Part shown: in pieces, positions 51,756-64,000 of the stretch
Layout of the letters: each line of letters starts with the position of its first letter
Position numbering within the stretch: the first letter of the stretch is position 1
Assembly: GCA_965644295.1 (NCBI GenBank)
Contig: CBFFRP010000249.1
Coordinates: 62,001 to 126,000, forward strand
DNA from: Paraphysomonas bandaiensis
Lineage: Eukaryota > Protista > Chrysophyceae
DNA: 64,000 bases
Reading direction: 5' to 3'
The notes under the pieces: generated by a model
Database searches by the model: none
Told to the model about the DNA's origin: nothing
The model's input: the letters and a program-made list of their open reading frames with translations, nothing else
Program-made: the position numbers and the translations under genes

Positions 51756-52519
51756 TATCAATCAATGTATTAGTAAACTACGAGCAGTGTTAACAGCAGC
51801 AGAGATCACACTATTAACAGTTACAGCGATACAGATATAAGCTAATAGCAGTTGTCTATATATGGGACTACCTGCTCTTAGTCGACAGTTGACAGGTGAT
51901 GAGGGAGTGCAGATAGTCAAGATACGTTGAGGTATGTTAGAGGGTTGTGTGTTTCTTTTATGGGATTCCTCGATCTGTGTATGTATGTGTATATGAGAGA
52001 GTCGTATCGTAGTATTTAAACAGCATACCATACTCCCCTGTACATACACACCTACATATAAACTAACTGATGCACACTGTACAGAGAATGAAACTTCTTC
52101 AGATTCAAAAAACCTTGTTGATATCTAAAAATGCCTCTTTTGATAACTAAAAATGCCTCTTTTGATATCTGAAAATGCCGGTTTCTCTGACTACGTTACA
52201 TACAATAGTACACTGTTGTACAGAGAGTACAATCTGCTGTCCAAAGTATACAGTTTCGAAGTACAGGATTCTGAAAATTCCAAATTACGAAGAAAACTCC
52301 TATTTATTATTAAAAACTCCAATTTTCGTCTTTCTCAAGACTCAGAAACCCCTCAAGAATTTCTACGTAGTAGACGGTACAGTAGCTCCAGTGTGTCAGC
52401 AGATCGGACCAGTCACTCCACTCACTCAACTGACTGTATAATTAATAAAATAAATAAAGAATTATCCCTCATCTCATCCACATGTCCACTCCCCCACCTC
52501 CCCCCATCATCACCTGATC

Positions 52520-54100
52520 ATGCTAGCAGTCGATAAGAAGGTTCTTAAGGCTCAGTTTTCACGAAACAGTCTCGAGATTCACTCCAAGTTAGTGGGCTTG
52601 TATTTAGAGAACCTCAATGCTATTGCCACTCAAGCAGCGATTGTAGCCGACTTAGGATTTGGTGCTGTTAAAGAAATGGGGTTTCATAAGGAGATGGACA
52701 AGACCGTTCACACACCCGGATCGTTTACATTCGGCTACTTCTATTATTTTATGGCGATATCAGGACTCGTTACGTCTGTATTGGCTCTCTCTCAGTCGAC
52801 AATTTGTGTTGTATTTGGACACACGATGTTTTTGTATGGTGAAAATCATGAGGTGTCTTTATTAGCTGTACATAAGATGCGAACACATCAACTCGAGTCT
52901 GGATTTTGGGGAGCAGTGTGTGCTTTTTGTTTGATCATGCAGGGGTGTATATTTACTTGGGGAATGGTACCTATGGACTTGGGGCTGATTATAACAGTTG
53001 TGTATATGTGTGGAATGTACATGATATATACTGAGGGACGCAGAACTATCGCCAGTTTTAGGCCAGAGACGAGCTTGCAAGGTATATGTTTACTGTCGTC
53101 TGTTCACTGGTTAAACACTCTGCTCAGACCTCGGTTTGAGTAGCGAAACACAGCTATGGACAAAGATTGCCACTTTTTTTGGATTGGCTGGAGAGACGGA
53201 CGAGGGTGCCGAAGAGATGGAGGTGACTCCAGAAGAATTGGGTCTACTGGATTCAACAGGCGAAGTCCTCACTAAAGATAGGCTGCGAGGGGTGAGTTGT
53301 GTCTATTTAGTATACCTGTTATGGTGGTAATGATGCGATGCGTAGAGGGTGAATAAAGTCCGCATGCGTGGCTACCTGTGGACGAAAAATCTGATGACGG
53401 ATCACATCAGTGAAGTCTTTCATCGGACCTACGCGGTACTGGAGAATGGCGCACTAGACTTTTATCGTCGTAGAGAAGACTATATCGACAACTTGAACCC
53501 AGTTAACCGTCGATCATATCGGATGCGTGACTATGAGCTGATAACAAATCCCAAAAAGATCGCTCGCTTTAACGCTCCTCCATCCGTACTCGGATTTGCA
53601 GGCGTTAGAGCCTTGGTAACGGGGACGCATGAACTGAGCACGTCGGACTTCATGAACGCAACTTTTTCCACAGAACACGCCCTCTCACGTCTGCGATTGA
53701 CTCTTGCCCCTAAGGTAAATCATGTGATTAAATATATTTAGGATAATGTGGTGATGGTGGTTCTTGTAGAGCTCCTCTGAATTGCACACTGTGGATGCCG
53801 TGCAACTCATGGTTGAAGATGATGTTACATATAAACAGTGGGTCGTGAAGTTTTCTGAAGTTATAAGGTATGTGTATCCTGAAGAGGTGATTCTGTTTGT
53901 TTGTCTCATGCATATGATACAGCATATACGATAAAATCCGTACTCTGGATGATACTGCGCTCACAAGACGGTATTGCCTTTTTATTCTTGAGACTGTGTT
54001 AACCGTTTTTTCTTTCAGAAACGTAAACGACGTCGAGTCCAGTTTACATTTTGCTCATAGCAAACGAAGTAAAATGGATTTCGATATAAGCTGTTCATAG
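52520..54100 (+). CDS. Four-TM Orai-like membrane protein with a C-terminal PH domain (multi-exon)
   Basis: TM1 NLNAIATQAAIVADLGFGAVKE plus three further hydrophobic segments; later exons RMRGYLWTK...FHRTYAVLENGALDFY...YKQWVVKF fit a PH fold. Confidence 0.6.
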
Positions 54101-54662
54101 TGAAAACATGTGCTGGCGTCGCATTAAACTTTACTTCTCATAGTGTTAATAAATATTCATGTAAATCATAGTGATAGTTGTGACGAACGTATATAAGGTT
54201 TTGTCTTGGAAGATTTTCATGATAACCTAAGCGATATGCATAAGTTGCATGTTATATAGACATAAGGTGTCTACATTTTGCTAATGGTGACCAATTGAGT
54301 GGTTTAGTCAACATTACTCATACTATAATGACTGTTTACTTTGACCTATACTGCATACACTGAGTGAACACTACTCCAGGAAACTCGATGCTATTATACG
54401 CTATACGCACATGGAATATATACACCTTACAGGACATCTATCTTCTTCATTTCTCCATAGAACTCATGGCCTTCATCTACAGGGTTCTTTCACTATCAAT
54501 AATACACAATACAGTACATCTGCTGTAGGAAACGAAGTACTGATATCAAAGAATGATCAATGTGGTAGGTAATTAAGAAAGTACTATACTATTATAATTT
54601 ACGACACCACATCTACATGAACAGCAAATCTACACATTACGTTGAAAGCAGTATTCTTCATT

Positions 54663-56315
54663 CTAATCAGAGGAGAAATAAAATGACACAGAGAATGCTA
54701 AGAAGCCTATCATGACTGCGAAAGCTGATGTATAGTACGGATATGCAGACGGTATAAATCTCTCATATTCATTGTGTTTGAATGGACGGATCGAAACCTG
54801 AGTTTCCGTGTGTATCGTAGAGTAGCCCGATCGACGATACAACACGCGGAACTTAAATACGCCGTAGTCGTCTGGGGCGATGAATGAAGCGTGGCACCGT
54901 CCAGTTTGAGGATCACAGTTCATTGTAGTCCGTATGTAAGGGTCGAGCATGACAAACTCCAACTGCAGGTCTGTTGGCGCAAAAGGCACCCACTTTCCCT
55001 GCTTCAACTCCTGGAGAGTAATACCGAATACTATCTCATCTTTGACGCGGTAAACGAGTGAAGAGCGGGTTAGCTCTGGGTCTGGATACAGAGTGGTTGG
55101 AAGGTCTGGGCGTTTCTTTTCATGCAAAATCAGGTCAGCGGGCGATCCATCTGAACGGTAGTGCGTAATGTTGCTAAACCGCAAAACACCAGCCTTGCCA
55201 GTAGTCCAGCGAGTCACCTCCCTACAGAAAACTCTGTTCCCATAACGTCCATCTTCAGCTCGAAAAAATTCATTTGAAAACATATCTAGTGAACCAGACA
55301 CTAACACGCGAGCATTATTTCGGGCTTGTATACCCGTTACTAGCAATGTGTCCGAGCCTGCATTGTCAGGGAAGCTGCTAATATCCTTCGCCCTATCACT
55401 GGAGTAAGACGTTGGGTTGCCTCGCAACACCTGCCCAGTATTAAACACCACCAGTCAATAGAATTTACCTCACCTTAACAGCCAACACGTTGTCTTCCTC
55501 CACAGCATGACCTAGACCACGATAGAGCACGGGTGCTAAATGCGCGTTGTGAGAGAACTCGCCAAGCACTGCCTCGGATTTTATGACATTGCTTGCCATA
55601 ACAGTGTTGTGCGATACATCCCCCCTACACCCATAACTAAGTGCTGTTCAACACATTCAACAACCGCTCACCCGATAGATATATTACTGCGATAATAATT
55701 GAAGTGGTCTATGACCTCGCTGGTCTTCGAGTCAAACTCAATACCACAGTTTTCCGCAAATAATCGCATGTTTTTAGACATACCACCCTCAAGACCCAGC
55801 ACAAGGTTCCCGCCATGATCGACAAACGACAGTAAGTCATGGAAGCTCAATGAGTTAAAGCTGCTTGTTTTGGGAGCGAATATTATAATGTTATCGTAGA
55901 GATATTCTCCAAACTCCTTGATGACTATCGTAGAAGATGTTGATGGTACGATAGTCAGCTCATGACCGTCACCTGAACATAACACCATCAGCACAACCAC
56001 ATACACACATAAACACCCATATATACACATATATACACACATATACACACATATATACATACATATATATACACACATATACACACATATACAGACATAC
56101 ATAAGCAGACAGCACAACACATACACAAACTCACCCTGCAGATCATTGAAATAGTCAGAGAAACGCTGAGCTGTGGAGTAGACTGGGTCGACTATAGCCA
56201 GAGTCTTATCTGCGCCGATAGAGTGCTCCACGTTATTACTGTACGCATAAAAGATAGAGGGAAGCAGGAATAGAAGGGTCAAGGAGATGAAAGAGGAGGG
56301 GGAGGGGGGTGGCAT
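54663..56315 (-). CDS. WBP1: Oligosaccharyltransferase 48 kDa subunit (DDOST/OST48/WBP1), multi-exon
   Basis: Signal peptide; GEYLYDNIIIFAP, FVDHGGN, QARNNAR...SGSLDMFS, LEFVMLDPY, PDDYGVFKF...YRR.GY, RPFKHNEYERFIPSAYPYY plus a C-terminal TM. Confidence 0.95.
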
Positions 56316-56399
56316 GGTGAGCCTTACTAATCGTGTGTGTGTCTGTGGAATTATATACATACACACTCTTAAGAGAGCTGTATGAGTACATACACACCT

Positions 56400-57056
56400 G
56401 ATACTACTGCTGTATACATATATACACTCCTGCTGTATACATATATACACTCCTGCTGTATACATATATATACATACCACTGCTGTATACATATACATAC
56501 ATACTGCTGCTGTATATATATACATACACACTGCTGCTGTATATATATATATACACACTGCTGCTGTATACATATATATACATACTACTGCTGTATACAT
56601 ATATATACATACTACTGCTGTATACATATATATACACACTGCTGCTGTATACATATATATACACACTGCTGCTGTATACATATATATACACACTGCTGCT
56701 GTATACATATATACACTCCTGCTGTATACATATATATACATACCACTGCTGTATACATATACATACATACTGCTGCTGTATATATATACATACACACTGC
56801 TGCTGTATATATATATATACACACTGCTGCTGTATACATATATATACATACTACTGCTGTATACATATATATACACACTGCTGCTGTATACATATATATA
56901 CACACTGCTGCTGTATACATATATATACACACTGCTGCTGTATACATATATATACATACTACTGCTGTATACATATATACACTCCTGCTGTATACATATA
57001 TATACATACCACTGCTGTATACATATACATACATACCACTGCTGTATACATATACA
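56400..57056. repeat. ~24-29 bp minisatellite (ctgctgctgtatacatatatatacaca) between divergent WBP1 and bleomycin hydrolase genes
   Basis: More than 20 degenerate tandem units, with an internal longer-period duplication. Confidence 0.92.
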
Positions 57057-57370
57057 TACCGTATACAGAGGACCTGTACAGCAGCAGTGTCTTATATATA
57101 CAGCAGCAGTAGTTTCTACCATACACACCCAGGGAATACGATTATATACCGTGGTATACCGCTGTAGTATCCAACAACTGCATAGATTCATGTAAGATGC
57201 GCGTATGCAGGTGTGTCACACTGTAGGATTCCTAGTCGTAGCAGATATAGAAATACGTACAGCAAGATATCCGCATCCCCCCATACACATACATACACAT
57301 ACACTCCACTCTACTCCAGTTCACATTCTCCTAACATCCAGACACCATTACAAAGATACAATACAGACAT

Positions 57371-59015
57371 ATGACGCAACAGATCACATCGAACGACGTC
57401 ACGATATTCAGGTGTGTCTGTGAGCTGTACTGTCTCATCGTTTGACCTCTCAGACAGAAATCAGTTTGCATCCGATGCAGCTGCTACAGTCGCGCAGAAT
57501 GCCGTTACGAATAATGCTGTCAATGCAGTTGCATTGAACAGAAGTATTATTCAGACTACTGATACGAAGAATTTTAGTCATAAGGTGGACAAGTCATGGT
57601 CTGTTACTAACCAGAAGAGTAGTGGGAGGTATATTGCGTAACGATATGCTACAGTATCGTATCTGTAGCTGTTGCATAATAGTTTACATTGTAATCGGAA
57701 GATTCGTGGGTGTCTACAGTATTTATGGGCGTTTATGATATTGTTATATGTTTAACATTCGGTTTCAGGTGCTGGCTATTTGCCACCCTTAATCTCTTTC
57801 GAATCGGTGCGATGAAAAAGTTAAACGTAAAAGAATTTGAATTCAGCCAGGCATATGTTCATTTTTGGGATAAATTTGAAAGATGTAATCACTTTCTTGA
57901 GGCAATGATCGAAACTGCATCACGAGATGTGGATGATCGCACCGTTGCTTACATGCTGCACGATCCCATCGGCGACGGAGTAAGTATTGGGTGCATTTAT
58001 TCTAGAATGTAATATAGTCAATATGCAGGGTCAATGGTGTATGGCAATCAATATCATTCGCAAACATGGTCTCGTTCCGAAGAGCGTATTTCCTGAATCT
58101 CGAAGTAGTAGCGAGACTCGGTTGATGAATACTAATCTTAAGGAGATTCTACGTTGTTCCGCCTGTGAGATTCGTAACATTCTCTCTTCCACAAGCGGTG
58201 ATCAAGGTCTACGACTGGCGATTGATCATAAAAGGAAGCGCTTGGGTGATGTGTGGCGGATGCTCTGTATTCACCTGGGAACTCCACCAGAAACATTTTC
58301 CTGGCAGTGGACTGATGTAAACGGAAGTTTTCACAGAGTCAGAGATGTGTCGCCAGTGGAGTTCTGTTTGGAATACGCCTGCGTAAATCGTGATATTAAT
58401 GAATATGTGTGTCTTGTTAATGATCCACGCAACCCTTTCATGCAGACGTACACAGTGGACTATTTGCAGAGTGTAGTAGGGGGAGATCCAGTGGTCTATT
58501 TAAACGTGGATGCGGAAACCATGAAGCGAATAACACAGCAGCAGCTTGAGGCTGGGGAGGCTGTCTGGATGGGATGTGATGTGGGAAAACAGCTTCACCG
58601 TGAGTCAGGAGTGTGGGATAAGGAAATGTTTCAGTATCAAGAGTTGTACGGAGTGTCCTACGGTATGAATAAAGCACAGCGGTTGTTGCATGGTCAGACG
58701 TTGATGACACATGCGATGATGTTCACAGGTATAGATTTCATTCTTTTACTTATTCACTAAATGCGTGCAGGTGTTGATGTGGTGGAAGGTCGGCCATTGC
58801 GATGGCGCGTGGAAAACTCATGGGGAGAGAACAGTGGTGAGAAAGGGTTCTACACTATGAATGACAATTGGTTCGAGGAGCACATGTTTGAGATCGCTGC
58901 ACCTCGTAGCTATCTCTCAGAGGAGATGTTGCAGTGTCTTGATACTTTGAAACCTATTCGCCTACCAGCGTGGGATCCGATGGGAAGTCTTGCCCGTTCA
59001 GAAGCATATTTGTAA
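57371..59015 (+). CDS. BLMH: Bleomycin hydrolase / aminopeptidase C (peptidase C1B), multi-exon
   Basis: TNQKSSGR|CWLFA (catalytic Cys), EFSQAY..FWDKFER, DGGQW, VWMGCDVGK, MTHAMMFTG (His), WRVENSWG (Asn), C-terminal PAWDPMGSLA. Confidence 0.94.
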
Positions 59016-59748
59016 TGAACAATTCTACTCTCGTGTCCTGTTTGAGAATGAAGTATTTGTTCTTGTCAGTGTCTTCCCTAAAAAACCTAATGACGCATAC
59101 CCTAAAATATTTACTTATAACCAGCGAATAGTATTAATTAATTCACTTTAAGATCTCGTGATATATGTGTCAATAGATAGTTTAAATTGAAAGAAGCTGG
59201 TAGAATAAATCGACATTTAATATGTACTATATGGAACAATAGTTTCTTCTTCAGTGTGATACATATCTTAACAAACATATATCGTATGAAGAGAAAAATA
59301 TAACAGATTATTGATTTCAATATTTCATACGACATACGAGTGATATCGAGGAATCACTGTGACATGACAGGTGTAACAGGTGTAGTTGCTCTGAATAACT
59401 ACTGAATGACTTCGTTCTACAGTACTGATAGAGTCATCCATACAGAGACACATCACGATGCAGTTGGGAAAGCCCTTATGGGTCACACTCTTGTGTCTGA
59501 AGTCTGCACGAGGATTATATTTACCTCTCATCAACTTAACGCTTATTCATCACGATAACAATCCGAATACATATCATCCTCTCCAGATCACTGGCATCTC
59601 TGTTTTTCCATGTATTTAAGTAAGCAGTGATCATCTGTGTGCATGGATACAGCAGCCATCTCTGCATCTGCAGTTGCTCTGCATGCATTGGAATGATCCT
59701 CGATGTACGGGCTGTTATACTGGGGGTGGTTGTGCGTGCATATCAATT

Positions 59749-59832
59749 ATTTCATTGAAAAATCATCGTTTTTCAGTTAAAAGTGAGAAAAAGTGACTTT
59801 TTAATGAAAAAACGATGACTTTTCAATGAAAT
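59749..59832. repeat. Imperfect ~35-bp inverted repeat (mini foldback / MITE-like)
   Basis: atttcattgaaaaatcatcgtttttca pairs with tgaaaaaacgatgacttttcaatgaaat across a short spacer. Confidence 0.75.
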
Positions 59833-60394
59833 TATGAACAAATCGACATCAACGTAGTATATATATAGAGGTGTAGAGTACAGACCGTATACACACCGTA
59901 TTACTGCTGTAGAGTACACTGTGTAACAGACTGGAAACGTGTGTTTTTATACATTTGTTCCCCCAAACCCCTAGTTTTAGACACACATACGCTTCGTACT
60001 GCTGCGTATTGTACATAGTGTATGTATACAGCAGTGCAGATATCCATACACTGAAGTTGATCTTATAGAGGATGATGTCAGTGTCGTCTCTCGTGTCTTC
60101 CATACAGTCACATATCGCACATATGCAAGTAAGGTAAGGCACGTAGGTATCCACTGACTGCCTTATCATTCTCTGACTTGTATCGCACACTCTCTACCCA
60201 AAGACATGAGTGTGTAGTGTCTGTATCTGTCTGTAAACTCCTATCGCCTCTACTCATACTCTCAGGTACACTCCTGTGAGCTATCGAGTGTACCGCATAA
60301 GTGTATACGTATAAGCGTATACTGTACACCTCATCTGAGCTCATAACTGTATACGTATCGTATACCTGCAGGCTGCAGTGTTTCATATCTCTCT

Positions 60395-62190
60395 ATGTCC
60401 AAACTACCGCAATTGCGTAAGACCAGTGGAGGTGGTGCTGGTGCTGGTGATGTCCGGATGTATGGCAAACAGCTGTGCAAAGATGAAGAGGACGTACTCC
60501 GGTCATTTAACTCTCAGTTCATTAAGAAGACACACAGAAACATTAAGAGTCAAGAGAAGTGCGTCACGTCACATGACTATGATGATATACGTGTGCTTCA
60601 CATGACTGTATATGTATTCACACTCATCTACTGCAGTATACGATGGTATTTGTCTGTATTATAGTTACTGATACTGTTTAACGCCATAGTATCGTACACC
60701 TGCATCTACACGCACCATACACCCACCTGTCGTACATGTCATACACCCACCTGTCGTACATGTCATACACCCACCTGTATTTCAACTGTACGACACACTA
60801 TAAGCGGCATTGTATTAAGACCAACACCGCCGTCTATGTATGTATTGATACAGCATACGGTGTCGCAGTATAGTGTAGTGGGGTGTAGTGTATGTGTATT
60901 CGTGTCGTATGTATTGTTGCTGTGTGTCTCATATGCATATATGCATCATTAGAGTGATCCGTATTGTACTGATAGCCTTCAATCAGGTTGCCTCCTCCTC
61001 AGAAGCCGGCCGTTTCAGCAGAGGAAGCGTATCGTGCTGAGCGAGAGAGACTACGCAGTCTTGTAGGCGAACTAGTGGGACTCCTCAGAGACCGGGGCTC
61101 CGATTGCTATGATCTCGTTGTTGCATTCAGAGCTTGCTCAATCAACCCACACTCCGATGACTTTGATGGAGTGGACTCGTTAGGCGCTTGTCTGTGTAAG
61201 CAAGTAAGAAACACTCACAAATGCCTCTCTTCGTATACTTATTGCTGCACCGAATAGACATTTATTGCTGGACTAGATTGTGCTGTTCCCACGTTCTCAG
61301 GGCGAGCTGAAGAACTGTTCACATCTCTCTGTGTTGTATGTGGAGCTGATGAATTGGACCCAGTGATATATCTACACCAGATATTCGCGATCGTCTCTTT
61401 TGCCAGACTAAAGCGTGGCGCCAACACAGACGAGGTGAGTGGATGTCTTTATAATGCCCTCGGGTGTGGTGGGTAGTTTTGGGCAATATATGCGTGTGAT
61501 ATATTTGCTTAGATGGTGCGAGCTATAATAGAGGGTGTGGCATGGGAGGTCGCGCATTGTAAGCACTCAACTCATTCTGGAAATCAAAACAGGAGGCGTA
61601 GAAAGTCACAATCTCAACGAAGTGCTTCAGTGTATTCCGTGAATCGGTCGAAGAGAACGAAAAAAGTGGGTCGTGGAGGCATTACGGAGACTATGCTCCA
61701 GATGTCACTGCCTTTCCCATCTGTTGCATCTGCCCTGAGGGCTGTGTGTGGGCGTGATACTACAACGGATTCCTTCATAGATGCACTAATGCGCTGTGCG
61801 GCTTTGAGTATGCGGTGTAAGAGTAACAGACGCCAAAATGTTCTCACGTTGGGGACTGGTATACCACAATTATTAAGCGGTATCAGTTCTCCCGCAACAG
61901 AAGGACTTCCTGCACCTGTCAACAGCGCGGAAATAACAGACTCTGAAGAGGGATCTAATCTCCTAACGGCTCCGCCTCTGACCACGGCTGCCGCTATTCA
62001 CCGGAAGCGCGGTATCACAAATTCCAGCAACCAGAGTTTAACTTCTGAGGAGGCCATTGTGGTAGCGCTAGATGATGTCTGTGTATTTGCTTCCACACAG
62101 ACCGAGTTTCAGTTGAAACTTCAGGCGGAGATGTTTAACACTCGCCTTACAATATCAGAATCAGTGTCGAATATGGGTACTGTGAGATGA
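60395..62190 (+). CDS. Hypothetical protein, multi-exon
   Basis: Consecutive coding-like ORFs (60395, 60988, ~61258-61434, 61513-62190) separated by GT-AG introns; no recognised domain. Confidence 0.6.
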
Positions 62191-62694
62191 CATGCCATCG
62201 TACCCACTAGCTGGTCGAAGCGACAGAAACAATGTGGCGTATGTGTGGTGATATTGTTGAAAGGACTGCCTCTAACTCTGCAGTTTGATATATTACAAAG
62301 TCAAGGAATGTCTTTCCACGACTAATCGTGATTTTCTGTGGTAATTTTGGTGTTGTATGATTCAGTTCTTGATACTGATGAAATTATCGTTTGTTGTGAG
62401 TATTCAACATTATTTGCTTACTAACACAGGTGCGGATATACAAGCAACCGTATACTGTACTTGCAGCAGATAAAAAAGACTACTGGGCTGAGTGTGTGAA
62501 GAATTTTATTCGCGTAATAAAAGGAAAAATAGTATACTTAATAAATATTACCAAGTGCCTTTGTATTTAATTGTATATAGAATATAGAACACATTACTAC
62601 GCAATATGTGACACATTCACTACATTACTTTAGTTATAATTATACGACAAACAGTAGTGACTGTCTTAATATTAGCAATTGGCGTAACAAGTCA

Positions 62695-63160
62695 GGAGTC
62701 AGAACTAATTTAGCATTGAAATTTAACTAACTAGTGCTTAACTCTGATATCCTACTATTTTACGCTACGAGAGCTGCTTGTGCGTCACCACAAGCACTAA
62801 GGCGCAACCACTTTCGCTCTATTACTCAGAGCAAGCGCAGTGAGCAAGCAGAATGTTGCTATACCTGAGATCTGCTTACTGCTGACTTCAGGATTTTTGA
62901 GTCCTTATGGTGAACATCCCGGATGCTTGACTTTTAAGCAGGCAGACCAATACCCCGGATTCCCGGATGCATGTTTATTCGCCAGGACCCGAAGACGCCT
63001 ACACAAGTGACACATATATACATATATCATATATTAGTGGGTAGAAAACTATCTACCGACTATATAATATGCGGCTCACGTTAGTTTCCCGGAGAAATAC
63101 CTCCGGTGCTTATCTCCCAGAACATCACGAAATGGTGCGATTCCGACTTTGTTGAGAGGT
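62695..63160 (-). mobile_element. Interspersed repeat, copy C (reverse orientation)
   Basis: The reverse complement reads ctcaacaaagtcggaatcgcacc...gggaaactaacgtgagccgc...gcatccgggatgttcacc...gcttgtggtgacgcacaagc, matching copies A and B. Confidence 0.8.
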
Positions 63161-63329
63161 ACAACGTACATCAATACTAGGCATGTTGAGTTCTGCAGTA
63201 TGATGTGATATATATTGTGCAATTGAAGTGAGTTAATAGTGTGCAATAGATGAAGTCAACTCATAGGTATAACGGGTGATAACAGTTACAAAAGAATTAC
63301 ATTCAGTTACTGATGTGTGACTATATAAG

Positions 63330-64000
63330 ATATAGGAGCCCGTCTTACGAAGTCACCCAGCTCATGGAAGACTTTCTCACTGCGTCGCTACGACACATCT
63401 CCAATAATCTGACATAGGGCCACTTCTCGGGGATGCACTCGACCTTTGCTACAAATACGACCTCCAGCAATACAGCACCACCCGGGACGGTGTCTACACG
63501 GCCCCCTTTCGAATTGCCACCCCTTTACTGAACACAGAGCGGAGCGCGGCTACCACACTAACTCCATCCTCTTCGCACCCACAACACCCCCCGATAATAC
63601 GACTCTATCCCCAATCGTATCCGAGAAACTGGCTATGTCTGGGACAAGTCATACACAAATGGCAGGAACAGCACCAAACAAAAAAACGAGGGAATGAAGC
63701 CACTGTAGCAGCAAAATGTACCGACTGCACCAATGACCACGACAGCATCGCACATATGGTCCTCGAATGCCCTCACTATGACCTCGCACAAGTTAGAAAG
63801 GAAATATATCACCAACACCGCAAGGCCATTGACAATGCCAAGAACACCACAGCCCTCAGACCATGGTTCTCCTCTGCACTCACCAAAATCTTATCCGCTG
63901 CCTGGAATCCTAATACCCTCCAAGTTGAGAGATACTGGACGGGCAATATCACAGCCTCCCAACTAGTAAACGCATTCGGCCACCATATCTCCGCTGCCAT
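63330..64000 (+). mobile_element. Non-LTR (LINE-like) retrotransposon ORF2 C-terminal fragment, running off the window
   Basis: A frame open from ~63408 to the window end encodes KCTDCTNDHDSIAHMVLECP (C-x2-C-x8-H-x4-C, 63717-63770), typical of the non-LTR C-terminal zinc knuckle; abrupt shift to C/A-rich composition. Confidence 0.65.

Noticed and set aside
55668-57191. 507-aa and 261-aa Y/I/C-rich ORFs over the minisatellite
   Set aside because: Low-complexity translation of a stop-free repeat; the real WBP1 begins at 56315 with a signal peptide.

Overview
Eukaryotic nuclear DNA with short (~40-60 nt) GT-AG introns and an intraflagellar transport gene, so a flagellated protist; probably a stramenopile such as a chrysophyte (inference only). 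I find 14 protein-coding genes: a SMARCAD1/Fun30-type SNF2 ATPase, an ankyrin-repeat protein, NAP1, a coiled-coil protein, a giant surface protein, a Deltex-like E3 ligase, a myristoylated EF-hand protein, a 7TM receptor-like protein, a TauD-type dioxygenase, IFT46, an Orai-like 4TM+PH protein, WBP1/OST48, bleomycin hydrolase/PepC and one unknown. Ten of the 14 sit in compact head-to-head pairs. The outstanding locus is a ~16 kb, nearly intronless gene (16914-32801, ~5,280 codons) with a polycystin-1/REJ-like architecture: signal peptide, C-type lectin, LRRs, ~1,470-aa P(T/S)GQ stalk, REJ, EGF-like, GPS-like motif, TM segments and 24 copies of a 38-aa tail repeat. It is interrupted by one in-frame TAG at a normally Tyr position and a +1 frameshift at a higher-order repeat junction. 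Mobile DNA includes a non-autonomous hAT (20-bp TIRs, 8-bp TSD), an LTR-less Copia gag-pol fragment with an inverted piece from a second copy and flanking 11-bp direct repeats, a three-locus mosaic repeat family with Helitron-like hairpins, and a LINE fragment at the window end. No rRNA, tRNA or CRISPR array was seen. All domain calls are by motif recognition; no searches were run.
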